Source of the DNA: Octopus vulgaris
Lineage: Eukaryota
NCBI GenBank assembly: GCA_951406725.2
Contig: OX597819.1
Span: 19,406,001 to 19,470,000 of the forward strand
Length of the DNA: 64,000 nucleotides
Direction: 5' to 3'
The stretch's first letter is position 1; every line of letters begins with the position of its first letter. The notes below the pieces were generated by a model. It was not told where the DNA came from. It saw only the letters and a list, made by a program, of their open reading frames with translations, and ran no database searches. Shown here piece by piece: positions 26,481 to 40,052 of this stretch. The position numbers and the translations under genes were made by a program.

Positions 26481-27913
26481 GTAAGTCGTACGATATGATC
26501 CCACATTCTTGGATTATGGAGTGTATGAACCTGCTTGGTATTGCATCGAATGTCGAGCGATTGCTTGGAAAAAGTATAGCGAATTGAAGGATACAAATGA
26601 CAGTATAGGGAAGACGTTTATGGACAGTAGAAATTCGGAAGGGGCTTCTTTCAAGGGGAGTGCCTGTCCCCAAAGATCTTCGTACTGTGCTTGATACAAC
26701 TAACACTGCTTCTGAGGAAAGCTGGGTATGTAATCAAAAGGCTTTCAACACCTGGGCGGTTTCACTCCCGTGATATGGAGGTGGGGTAATCGCATGGACA
26801 GTAGACGAACTAAACAGCTTAGACAGAAAGACAAGGATTTTGATAACTAGATATGGGTCACTCCACCCAAAAATTGAAGCAGACAGACTGTATGCACCAA
26901 GAAAAATGGTGGGAAGTGGACTTATTTGATGCGATCACAGCATTAGAGCAGAAGAAAACAACATAGCATGGTATGTAAAAAATGCCACAGAACCGCTAAT
27001 ATTACAAGTAACAATGTCAGGCTTGTGTAGGATAAAAGATTGCAAAGATAAAGCACTATACAAGAAATTGGAAACGAATGAAACTGAAAATAGGTGGGTA
27101 AAGAAGAGGTTACATCAATTTCACAGGGATGTTGATGATAAGACAGACAGAGTGAAAAGATGACTGTGGATGACTAAAAGTGATATAAAACTGGAAACGG
27201 AGGCTGTAATCTGTGCTACCCAAGAGCAAGCTCAAAGAGCAAACAACCTAAAATACAGAATAGACAACACAGCAGAAAGTGATAAGTGCAGAATCTGTGG
27301 ACAAAACGGCGAAACTTTATGGCATATTACCAGACAATGTACGCCACTAACCCAGAAGGAATATAAGAGAGGGCAAGACAATATAGCCAGGCTTGTTCAT
27401 TGGACACTTTGCAATAAGGGACTTGAAAGAGCAAAAAATTGGTACAACCACAACCCTGAAGGCATTGTCGAAAATAGAAATGCAAAGATCCTATTGGATT
27501 TTATGATTCAGCGCGACCATGAGGTTGAGAATAGTAAACCGAACAGAGTCTTAATTGAGAAAGACTATGGTGGATAACAGATATAGCATACCCAGCCGAC
27601 AACAAGGTATGCGATAAGGAAGAAAGAAAAGTCGACAGTTATAACAGGTTAGCTTGGGAAATTAAGCAGTTGTGGTCTATGAAAAAAGTAGCAGTAGTAC
27701 CAATAATTGTCGGAGCCCTGGGAAGAATGAGCAAAAATCTCGAGAAGTACGTGGAACAAATAGGGGTTGCAATAAGTGTGGAGCACTTGCAGAAAACAGC
27801 ACTGCTTGGAACCGCTCGAATACTCCGGGAGGTGCTAAAAAAATAAGGTGTTACCTTAGTTCACTGGTAATGAATAGCTGACACATATCCATAGTTAGAA
27901 GTTGTGCAAAGGC
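26481..27913 (+). pseudogene. Decayed R4/Dong-like non-LTR retrotransposon (RT fragments, CCHC knuckle, REL endonuclease)
   Basis: KSYDMIPHSWI, frameshifted GxFQG, HPK...DRLY, CRICGQNGETLWHITRQC, KPN..., DIA.PAD...K and QKTALLGTARILR. Flanked by (TAA)n. Confidence 0.85.
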
Positions 27914-27919
27914 AATAAT

Positions 27920-28041
<122 letters not shown>

Positions 28042-28050
28042 ATAATAATG

Positions 28051-28122
<72 letters not shown>

Positions 28123-28124
<2 letters not shown>

Positions 28125-29313
28125 CACCCAAAATCTGACATAGAAAGACTATATATACAACGTATAGAAGGTGGTAGAGGCCTTATACAGCTGGAAAACT
28201 ACTATAAAATAACCACCATAGGACTGCAAAAATACCTACTTCAGAAGGAAGGAAAACTGATCCAGATAGCAAAACACGAGCAAAACAAAAAACTGTTCTC
28301 AGTATTTAAGGAAGCTGACAAATACAAAGAAGAAATCATACCACCTAATAAACACAAAGAAGAAGAAGAAGATGATGAAGAAACAACAAAAGCTATAAAA
28401 CAAATGAAATCCAAACTAAAAATAGAACAGCAACGAGCTATGATAAAACGATGGCAAGAAAAGCCCCTTCATGGTAAATACTGCACTAAACTAAACGCAA
28501 AAGAAATAGACAAAGAAAAATCACAGCAATGGTTGAGAAGCTCAGGACTCAAAGCAGAAACAGAGGGATTTTTAATTGCAGCACAAGACCAAAGCCTCCC
28601 CACCAGAAATTACCAAAAACATGTAATGAAAAGAAATATTACAAGTAACTGCAGAATATGTGGAGATGGACAAGAAACAATAAATCATATTATCTCTAGC
28701 TGCCCAGTCCTGGCTAAAAAGGAATATATTCACAGACATGACAGAATTGGAACCTACATACATTGGAAGCTATGCCAACATTATGGAATAACAACAGAAG
28801 AAAGATGGTATAGACACACACCAGAAAAGGTCACAGAAAACGAGAAAGCAACCATACTCTGGGATATGCCGATACACACAGATAGAGAAATTAAGGCCAA
28901 CAGACCAGATATAGTTGTCAGAGATCATGAAGAAAAAAAATGCTTTCTAATTGATGTATCAATACCGGCAGATGACAACGTGGCTCTAAAAGAAATGGAG
29001 AAACTCTCAAAATACAAAGACCTGGAAATAGAGGTTACTAGAATGTGGAACCTGAAAACAGAAACAATTCCTATCATAGTAGGTGCATTAGGCATGATAA
29101 AAAAATATTCAGACAAATACATAACAAAAACACCAGGACTTACAAACACATATAACATACAGAAAATTGCACTACTAGGCACTGCACACATCCTACGCAG
29201 AACACTTTCCATACAATAACCATCAGAGCATCACAACAAATCACAGCACATACCCAAGGCACACAGAGCTGCGCTCGGTAGTGAAGTGAAAGCACGCTAT
29301 AAAAATAAAACTA
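28123..29313 (+). mobile_element. 5'-truncated R4/Dong-like non-LTR retrotransposon with uninterrupted C-terminal ORF (stop at 29219)
   Basis: HPKSDIERLY...GGRGL, CRICGDGQETINHIISSC, RHD, NRPDIVV, IDVSIPAD and EKLSKY (zinc knuckle plus restriction-like endonuclease). (TAA)n on both sides; the poly-N start of the ORF is just the microsatellite. Confidence 0.92.
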
Positions 29314-29405
<92 letters not shown>

Positions 29406-29406
<1 letters not shown>

Positions 29407-29504
29407 CAAACATATGGCACAGAACTTCCAACCTGTTGTCTCTTGAGGTCTCTGGGTGAGACTTGGAGCCAACATGTACAGACATTAAGCAAAAGTCAAA
29501 CATA

Positions 29505-29505
<1 letters not shown>
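29406..29505 (+). mobile_element. Probable 3'-terminal stub of a third (TAA)n-targeting retroelement
   Basis: A 100-bp unique insert flanked directly by pure (TAA)n on both sides. Confidence 0.5.
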
Positions 29506-29591
<86 letters not shown>

Positions 29592-30240
29592 TGATGATAA
29601 TAATAATACTCTCTTGTGGAAGCAAAAGTTCTGAAATTTGTGGGTAGTGGACGATCCGATTTCATCGACCCCAGTGTTTCATTGGTATTCAATTAATAGA
29701 CATAATTACCTACCGCCTCCGCTTTATCTGCAAGTGCTCCACCCTTATTGCAGCCTAACCTCTCACCTCCAACCGACACTTACGAAGAGTAATACTGCCA
29801 TCTTGTCTCTGCTTTTATTTTAGTTTTAACATTTAATTTTTTTTTTATTTTTCATTTTTGGTTTTGTTGTTTTTTATTTTCCTTTACCTACGCTCTCATT
29901 CATACTTTGCCGCACCTATCCCATTCCTGTTTTTTCTCTCTTTCTCCTCTCTCTCTCTTCTCTCCACTCACTCACATCCCACTTCTTGATGTCTGTTTTT
30001 CTCACTCTATATACCACGTGAACGGTTTGCATAATAGCTAACCACTTAAACCCTTACTTCAAAATGAATGCGTCATTCAAAATACTGCCAGGATTTATCT
30101 GGGATTATAGCTAAGGGCCTATACCTCAATGAATTACGAGCCAACCTCCGTACCATCTGGGAAACGATGAACGGTGAACTTTATTCTCTTGTCTGTATTA
30201 CTCAACCTACTTTTAATCTTTATTCTTATTCCCTAAACTT

Positions 30241-30316
30241 GTCTCTGATGATGGAATGTCCAGTGCATGGACATACTAGCCTATCACTTGGGATATCCCA
30301 GAAAAAGCTAGAAGAC
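30241..30316 (+). ncRNA. Type I hammerhead-like motif with degenerate stem III
   Basis: gtct-CTGATGA-TGGAATGTCC...GGATATCCCA-GAAA-aagcta-ga-agac: stem I gtct/agac and a 10-bp stem II with one mismatch. The cleavage-site region is mutated. Confidence 0.6.
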
Positions 30317-30530
30317 TTCAAGTTCATCTTATCCTAATTAAATTATTATAAATGCTTTGAAATTCTCATCCTGCCTCGATTTTTGTTGTCCTTTTTCTTC
30401 TACGATATACCTGCTTACACGGAAGTCTAATACAGATCCTCAGCTGTGAATTTGGAATATAACCGTTGACCAATTATACCGCTTATTCATTGTACCTATT
30501 CACTTACATCACCAGTGAACTAAACCACTC

Positions 30531-30581
<51 letters not shown>

Positions 30582-30659
30582 TCTGAGTGCACAATGTTCT
30601 TAATAGTCAGTGATGATCTTCCTCAGTCATGAATGGATAGCCATCATATATATTTAAAT

Positions 30660-30722
30660 CACCTGAAGAATGACTGTAACCCGAAATTTTAAGAATTGAA
30701 CAGCCATGATACGATCGTAGTG
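30660..30722 (+). ncRNA. Type I hammerhead-like motif with one core substitution
   Basis: cac-CTGAAGA-ATGACTG...CAGCCAT-GATA-CGATCG-TA-gtg. GAAA reads GATA here but is intact in the related half-motif at 803-824. Confidence 0.65.
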
Positions 30723-30845
30723 TTATACTAATTATCTTTTTTTAATAATTTTGATATATATTTAAAATAATATGAATTAATTAATCTTATGTATTGGCTT
30801 GAGTTTTTCATTGTATGATTTGCCTAATAGTGGTTTTATCTCTAA

Positions 30846-30891
<46 letters not shown>

Positions 30892-31160
30892 GGATTAATT
30901 GAAAGATAATTCATGCATATATGCGTACATACATACATGCATACATATATTTGGGACAAGAAAGTAATGTTATGCGCAGCTGTTTGCCTTGCTTGCCCTG
31001 CAGATGTTAATCACACTGCCAAATTGAATGCGAAGCAGAATATTTAGGGATATCCAAAAGTGCAACATTTGTACTCTGACTATAAATTTACCATCTGGAA
31101 ATTAACCATTACTGCGCTGAACTGTGTTAGCAAATACCCAAGTATTTATATATATATATA

Positions 31161-31383
31161 TTTCTTTACTACCCACAAGGGGCTACACACAGAGGGGTCA
31201 AATAAGGACAGACAAACGGATTACGTCAACCTAGTGCGTAACTGGTACTTAATTCATCGACCCCCGAAAGGATGAAAGGCAAAGTCGACCTCGGTGCAAT
31301 TTGAACTCAGAACGTAACGGCAGGCGAAATACAGCTATGCATTTCGCCCAGCGTGCTAACGTTTCTGCCAGCTCGCCGCCTTT
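31161..31383 (-). mobile_element. SINE family B
   Basis: Close homologue of 1749-1981. TSD-like aagtatttatatatata at 31140-31156 and 31384-31400. Confidence 0.85.
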
Positions 31384-31428
31384 AAGTATTTATATATATA
31401 CTTTATTAAAAAGCAGCAAAACATCAAA

Positions 31429-31474
31429 AAAACTGTTATTCAGAGTTTCACGTTCCCGTTCGTCGGACAGTTTT
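31429..31474 (-). ncRNA. Type I hammerhead-like motif
   Basis: Minus strand: aaaactgt-CCGACGA-ACG-ggaa-CGT-GAAA-CTCtGAA-TA-acagtttt. Confidence 0.65.
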
Positions 31475-31989
31475 GCTTAGCATGCAGAAATATAGAGTTA
31501 TATGAAGAAATACGATTCCTTTGATAGATACACATTTTTAAATGGTTTTATTTTATTCGTTCTTTCATCTAACGGTCTTTTCAATAACCGGTTGCATGAA
31601 ATTCCTCTCTCTCCCTCTCTCTCTCTTTCTCTTCTTCTCTCTTACGCACGCGTACCTACCCGCGCGCACACACACTCACACTCACGTATATATGTAGATA
31701 TACAGCATATGATGTATTTGCTATCAACTCAGTCATATATTATAGCATTGTTGCTATCACATATTGTTCTTTTGCTAACGAGTGCGTCGTGCTTACTGAG
31801 AAAATGTCATGTTTTTTCCGCATTGACATAGAAAAGACCTAATAACCTTGACAAACTCTTATTACAGAATTTGAATTATATAACAAAAGCGTTACTTCTT
31901 TTGCAGATTTAAGCAAAATTTCACAACCGATCGTGTGTTGAGAAAATATACGACATCATTTCTAATTTGGATCTCGATTCTTATCCTCA

Positions 31990-32335
31990 CTGCGACCACG
32001 GATGAACATTCTTGACAAAACGACTCTACAATTCACGACTTACTTTATTGGGGGTTTGTATCATCTGAGAGTTGTTCTATGAATGTTTGAGCAGGCCTTC
32101 CTCTACTGCATTTTCCGTGATTTGGTTCTTACCATAGTAGCTTGTGTATAACTTCCTGCTTATTTCTCCAGCAATATGCCAGAAATCGTAACAGTCTTTG
32201 GGCACTCATAGTTGTGTTCGGCAACTTCCATTCTAAGCTTTCAGTTTCTAATACATTGACGCCAGTTTATGTTTTGTATCACTCTAAATATTTCAGTGTA
32301 TGCACCTAATTTCTTCTTGAGTGCTTGTGATGTTC
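31990..32335 (-). pseudogene. Decayed RTE-clade LINE 3' end
   Basis: Manual translation: KKLGAYTEIFRVIQNINWRQ...RLLRFLAYCWRNKQEVIHKLLW*EPNHGKCSRGRPAQTFIEQLSDD. Confidence 0.75.
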
Positions 32336-35029
32336 AACCTTTTCTAGTTAAGAACTTTTCTTTTGTTTAAGTGAATATAATTTGGGCGGTGGCCAGCATA
32401 CTATGATTTCGATCTAGTTGAATAACATCCAGATTTGTATGAATTTAGCATTGTGTCACAATGTAGCATTGTGTCAGAAACAAACGACGTGTATGTTTAT
32501 ATCAACATCCGGAATATCAATGCCTTTAGGAAGAAAGTTGGTCATTTGTGGGGAAGAGAAATTCCCTAAAAGCAGACGGATATCAGAATGAATTCTTGTC
32601 GTATCCCTTGATAAACAAACATTCTCGCTGACACACTCAACGATTTCCACGCTTTCTCTCATCTATCAACCACTACACAAACATTCTCTGTTCCACAGTC
32701 TTAATTAGTCTCTGACATCTACACCGTCCGACTCAAGCATGTCTTCTCTTTTCATTATCCACAATGTGTCATCCACCAGACTCTCAACCATACCCATCAG
32801 TGATTCCCTTCAGAACATCATCTTCTGGGCATTCTTTATGTTTTTTTTTCCCTATCTCCGGTTGGGGTTGTCTAGCATCAAATTCAATAAGAAATTACCA
32901 ACAAGAATCTCAAAAGTCATGCTAAATATTAAAAGCCAACGAAATAAATCAAAAATTACGTCGCTTGGATCAAAGTGATATTGACGGTCGGTTTTGCCGA
33001 AGGCGACCGTCAAAATCGACCTGGCTCGAACCATATATATATTTATGTTTTACCTGACTGTATCGTTCATTGTCATTTCTGTAAAGTCGTTATCCTTAGC
33101 TTGTTTTTCATTTGCGGTACTTTAAGTTCTCGCTGTATAATTCTCCTGTAGACAGAATAATAAGATGGAAAGACTTGTTTCACTTATATATCATTGAAAG
33201 TTTTCTCATTGAGCTAATTAATCAATTATATGACAATTTGCTTCGCCTGTGTTAGACCTGTGTTCAAGCATAAAGCTCATATATGTAGGACATAATACTA
33301 GACATTTGAGATTTATGTTAGATATGCAGCGATCAACAAAATTTGTCCTGCAAAAATATTATCATCAATGCTGGTGTTGTATATATCAACATTTTTTGCC
33401 AAACGTCCAAGGAACGATGAATATTTTCATAAACTGTCTGCATCCTTATCAGATTAATTAATTTCAGCTTTTGAGCATGAATGTCATTTACAAGAGGGAA
33501 CAAGGAAACACCGCACATACACACACTTCATAATAAGGTGCCCTGCTCTTTTTTGCTTAACATGTTGATGCTTACTTTTATAAGCGCGGTGGAGGCACTT
33601 ATTTTCCTGGTGAATTAACGAAAGGAGTGCGTTGCCGCTTTTCATTCACGTAGGGGAGTCATCACAGGTTCTGGTGGCAGAAAATATTTCCCTCGCAATA
33701 CACTAGACTGTCCTTTTTTTCAGTATGACTGTCATATATGTTGTAAGTAAAACGGCGATATTATTTAGGAGAAATATGAAATCCTGTACGTAAATTCACG
33801 AATAAATTTCGCAAGCATTTACGAAGGGAAATAATTTTGATAGGTTTCAGCTAGTATAAGCCCAGGATATGTCTAACTTAATAGCACTAACTGATGAAGT
33901 CTTTTAGTCATATATGGGGCACCATGGTCCAATCTAGCATAGAGTTATTTGTGTTGGAGACATATCCGACTGTTGGAGCTTGGTCCGGGATTTTTTGAAG
34001 AATTTTGTCCAATGAACTTTTTAATTTTATGTGACCCGTTTTCGTTTTAACGTATTTTTGCATGGTAAGAAAGAGAGCTGAATCGGTTGAGGTAAAGTAA
34101 TTGTGACGTAATATTATGTGTCCTGATTTCGATCTTTGTAGTGGGCGGATAGCACGAGGACACGTCTTGAATGGATTCTAAAATTGATGCCAACACTACT
34201 TGTACAATATTGTTGGAATATTTTCCTCATAACACAAATGATGTAGAGCGCTCCCGGCGGCGATGGAGAGTGTAAAGATTGAGTTATTTTAGTCGATCCC
34301 AATAATCAATGCCTCTCATAATTGCTTTATTTAAATGAATTCTAAAACCATTGTCTTTCAAGAAAATAGAAACTTTTGTCTTGTAATCTTAGGGCGTCCA
34401 TCACAAGTTCTGATTATTTGGCGAAGGAAGAATCGGACTGATTGATTTTCTTATTCAGGATTTGTTACAAAGCATTTTAAAAGGCGAATAGATTTCTGCG
34501 ATAATCTTTTGGTAATGTGACAAAACTTATCTGGATTGCAATATTTTAACACCACCGACTTTTCTATAAAAGAAATTTGGTAGTGGAAAATAGGAAACAT
34601 AAAATGCTCTTCCGTGCATAATAGTGAGAAATTTGTCCAAGTCTTAATAAAAATCTACAACGATAAACATTTTAAAACAGGAAGTGAAATTTGCGCTAAG
34701 ATAAAAGCAATTTTGTGCGTCTATTTCATCAATTTATTGCAAGTTTATCAAAAGGAGAAGCATATATCGTTGAACATTTGTAGGATTCTTCGAGACTGGT
34801 GAAAGTAAAGAGTTTTATATTTAAAACCGAGAATTTAGGAATTCAAGGCAAGAAGAGATTTGGTCGGAGTCGAATCGGAGTTTGGTAGAAATGTTTGCAA
34901 ATAATACAATGAAAATTGCCATCGCATAGGCAAACCACTGCCGCTTCTATAAACATGTATAAGACGAGCTCTGTTACCATTTTACGACAATCATCACAAC
35001 TATCACTCTACAAATATGGCCACTCACAA

Positions 35030-35107
35030 CTAACACCACCACCACCACCATCACCACCACCACCACCACCACCATCACCACCACCACCACCACCACCACC
35101 ACCACAA

Positions 35108-35141
<34 letters not shown>

Positions 35142-35805
35142 CACCACCATCACCACCACCACCGTCGCCGCAACCGTCATCATCGCAGCCAGCAGCACCA
35201 CTTGCAACAGAAACAATATAAAAAGAATCACCACCACCGCCGCCGCCATTACGATTAACCCAAGCATGACAATCAACGCATCCACCACCACCACCACCAC
35301 CACCACCACTACCAACAGCAACACACCACCATCATCACCCTCACCACTAGCATCATCAGCATCGTCATTAACAGCGCAGCCCGCCTCGCCCACCCTTTGC
35401 AATTCCGTCCACAATCCCACCCACCCCGTAATCACATACACCTTCACAATAATTATCCGTATTGCATCTCTCGCCACCTTCATTAACGTCAACCCATCAC
35501 CGCTACCCTCAACACCCTCAACACCACTCCTCCACCGTCACAATCATTATGGCCATCACCACCCCCATCATTATCATCGCCAACACCTCCTCAAACCTCA
35601 CTTGTCACCACCACCACCACCACCACTACTACGACTACTTCTAATACTACTACTACTACTAACACTACCGCCACCACAACTATTACTACAACTACCACAA
35701 CCAGTATTACTACTACTACTACCACCCCCATTACTACTACTACTACTACTACTACTACTACCATTGTCACACAACTACTACTACTACTACTACCACCACT
35801 GCTAT

Positions 35806-35840
<35 letters not shown>

Positions 35841-35842
35841 AA

Positions 35843-35886
<44 letters not shown>

Positions 35887-36147
35887 CGCCATTGCCACAC
35901 TACTACTACTACTGCCACCACCACTGCTATTACTACTACTACCACCACCAGTATCACTACTACTACTGCCACCAGTATTACTACCACTACCACCCCCATT
36001 ACTACTGCTACTACTATTACTACCACCACCAATACTACTACTAACACTACCACGACCACCACCACTACTATCACTACTACTACTACTACTACCACCACCA
36101 CTTCTACTACTACTACTACACCACCAGCATTATACTACCACCCCCAT

Positions 36148-36197
<50 letters not shown>

Positions 36198-37490
36198 GCA
36201 TTATGAACGTTAGTACAAACTTTGTGCTGTGTACACCAAAACTACAACCCCTACGATTGATTGCGATTTAATTAACGGCACTACCACCACCACCACCACC
36301 ACTACCACCACCACCACCACCACCACCACCACCACCACTACCACCACCACCACTGCCACCACCATCATCACTACGATCATGGTTAGCGCAATCAGAACTG
36401 CTACAAGCACACGAAAGCTAATTACGACACAATTACCACCTGTGCAATTAATACAACTACCACCCACACTACTACGGTAACAACCACCAACGCTACCACC
36501 GCCAAAGCAATGGCATCGAACTCCCACCGCCACAGCGTCCACCGTTTCGACTGCTCAGACAAACACCACCTCCACTACTACATCCAACACAATACATTGG
36601 CAACGGTGTCAGCTGAGCACCATGCCATAGGCCGACTACAGCACCAACTCTAACATGACCACCACAACCAAATCTGTTATCAACAGAACACCACGAAACG
36701 ACCAAAAACCATCGGGTCGTTACCATGAACGCAGTCACCGCCACCACCACCATCATCAGCTCCATCACAACTGTGTCGTCCTACCATGACCACCACCACC
36801 AACAACACAACTACCACAACCAACACCAACACAACCATTATCACAGCCACCATCGCAACCACCATGACCACCATTACCACCACTAGAAAGACAGTCACCA
36901 CCACTACCACCATCACCACCACCACCACCACCACCACCGCCACCACAAGGCAATCACTTCAGCCCCCACCCCACCCCACCGTCGTCATCACAACCACTAT
37001 CACACCCACCATGACCACCACCACCACCACCACCAGAAATGCCGTCACCAACACTATCACCGCCATCACCACCACCACCACAACCAACACCACCATCATC
37101 ATCACCATTATCATCACACCCACCATGACCACCACCACCACCATGACCACCACCACCACCATCATCATCATCACAACCACCAACACCACAACCTTCATGA
37201 CCACCACCGCTACCACCACCATCACCATCACCACCACCACCACTAACAAGAACAACAACAACAAACAATGACAGCAACACCACCACTACTATGACCGTCA
37301 CCACACTACAACCGCCTCCACCACCACCACAACCACCAGTGCGGCTATCACCATCACCATAACAACCACCACCGATACTTCTCCATCACATCTAACCGCA
37401 CCACCATAAACACCAAACAGCAATTCTATAAGTAACATACTACTACCAATACTACTACCTATACTAACGCAACTACCACAATAGCTTCTG
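35030..37490. repeat. Cryptic trinucleotide region of (ACC)/(ACT)/(ATC)n
   Basis: Long runs of ACC, ACT and ATC with frequent phase shifts and stops. Confidence 0.9.
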
Positions 37491-37514
37491 TTGTGTTTAG
37501 CAACAGCACTACGA

Positions 37515-39378
37515 CTACCACCACAACCACAACCGCCTTCACTACTACCACCACAACCACAACCGCCTTTACTACTACCACCACAACCACAACCGCCTTC
37601 ACTACCACCACCACAACCACAAAAGCCTTCACTACTACAACCACAACCACAACCGCCTTCACTACTACCACCACAACCACAACCGCCTTCACTACCACCA
37701 CCACAAAAACAACCACCTTCACTACTACCACCACAACCACAACCGCCTTCACTACTACCACCACAACCACAACCGCCTTCACTACTACCACCACAACCAC
37801 AACCGCCTTCACTACCGCCACCACAACCACAACCGCCTTTACTACTACCACCATAACTACAACCGCCTTCACTACCACCACCACAACCACAACCGCCTTC
37901 ACAACTACCACCACAACCACAACCGCCTTCACTACCACCACCACAACCACAACCGCCTTCACTACCACCACCACAACCACAACCGCCTTCACAACTACCA
38001 CCACAACCACAACCGCCTTCACTACCACCACCACAACCACAACCGCCTTCACTACCACCACCACAACCACAACCGCCTTCACTACTACCACCTCAACCAC
38101 AACCGCCTTCACTACTACCACCACAACCAAAACCGCCTTCACTACCACCACCACAACCACAACCGCCTTCACTACTACAACCACAACCACAACCGCCTTC
38201 ACTACTACCACCACAACCACAACCGCCTTCACTACCACCACCACAACCAAAACCGCCTTCACTACCACCACCACAACCACAACCGCCTTCACTACTACAA
38301 CCACAACCACAACCGCCTTCACTACTACCACCACAACCGCCTTCACTACTACCACCACAACCACAACCGCCTTCACTACCACCACTACAACCACAACCGC
38401 CTTCACTACTACCACCACAACCACAACCGCCTTCACTACCACCACTACAACCACAACGGCCTTCACTACTACCACCACAACCACAACCGCCTTCACTACC
38501 ACCACCACAACCAAAACCGCCTTCACTACCACCACCACAACCACAACCGCCTTTGACTACTACAACCACAACCACAACCGCCTTCACTACTACCACCACA
38601 ACCACAACCGCCTTCACTACCACCACCACAACCACAACCGCCTTCACTACCACCACCACAACCACAACCGCCTTCACTACTACCACCTCAACCACAACCG
38701 CCTTCACTACTACCACCACAACGAAAACCGCCTTCACTACCACCACCACAACCACAACCGCCTTCACTACTACCACCACAACCACAACCGCCTTCACTAC
38801 TACCACCTCAACCACAACCGCCTTCACTACCACCACTACAACCACAACCGCCTTCACTACTACCACCACAACCACAACCGCCTTCACTACCACCACCACA
38901 ACCACAACCGCCTTCACTACCACCACCACAACCACAACCGACTTCACTACCACCACCACAACCACAACCGCCTTCACTACTACCACCTCAACCACAACCG
39001 CCTTCACTACTACCACCACAACCAAAACCGCCTTCACTACCACCACCACAACCACAACCGCCTTCACTACTACAACCACAACCACAACCGCCTTCACTAC
39101 TACCACCACAAACACAACCGCCTTCACTACCGCCACCACAACCACAACCGCCTTTACTACTACCACCACAACTACAACCGCCTTCACTACCACCACTACA
39201 ACCACAACCGCCTTCACTACTACCACCACAACCACAACCGCCTTCACTACCACCACTACAACTACAACCGCCTTCACTACTACCACCACAACCAAAACCG
39301 CCTTCACTACCACCACCACAACCACAACCGCCTTCACTACTACAACCACAACCACAACCGCCTTCACTACTACCACCA
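37515..39378 (+). repeat. 30-bp minisatellite, about 62 units (actactaccaccacaaccacaaccgccttc), reading ([10 protein letters not shown])n
   Basis: The unit is directly visible. There is one in-frame 24-bp unit at about 38321 and one 1-bp insertion at 38555. Confidence 0.95.
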
Positions 39379-39634
39379 TCTCATTAGCGCTGATAGTACC
39401 ACTCAACTACCGCCGACGCCGTGAAGTATTAAAACAATAACTATCACTACTACTACTACTACTACTACCTATACCACTTGCAACGCTGATACCATTTTCA
39501 GAAGTAGTACCGCCGCCACCACCATCACCACCACCACCACCACCACCACCACCGCCTTTATAACAAGTGAGTCTGAAATCACGAGATCCCTTCTGTTAAT
39601 TCAGCGTAGCATCGCAGCTTTCTCCTCCATTCCC

Positions 39635-39668
<34 letters not shown>

Positions 39669-39698
39669 CACTCTCTCCTTCTTTCCTCTCTCTCTGTC

Positions 39699-39736
<38 letters not shown>

Positions 39737-39839
39737 GGGTTTTCTATAATTCTTTCACGCTCTGTGAATGGCTATAAATAGACTATGCACGTGCTGCCAG
39801 TTGAAACGTGTGCATTACATTCTCACATGCACATGCCCG

Positions 39840-40012
39840 CGCGCGCACACAATAGTACACACACAAGCACATGCTAGTACACGCACACACTAGTACCTTC
39901 ACACACGCACACACACATGAACACTCAAACTCTCACACGCACACACACACACCCACACAAGCACACACTAGTACCTTCACACACGCACACACACATGAAC
40001 ACTCAAACTCTC

Positions 40013-40052
<40 letters not shown>

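Noticed and set aside
37515-39378. 30-bp array as a CRISPR array
   Set aside because: Units are contiguous with no unique spacers, there are no cas genes, and the context is eukaryotic.
37459-39406. Minus-strand ([10 protein letters not shown])n and ([10 protein letters not shown])n ORFs
   Set aside because: Antisense readings of the same array, with no splice or start context seen on that strand.
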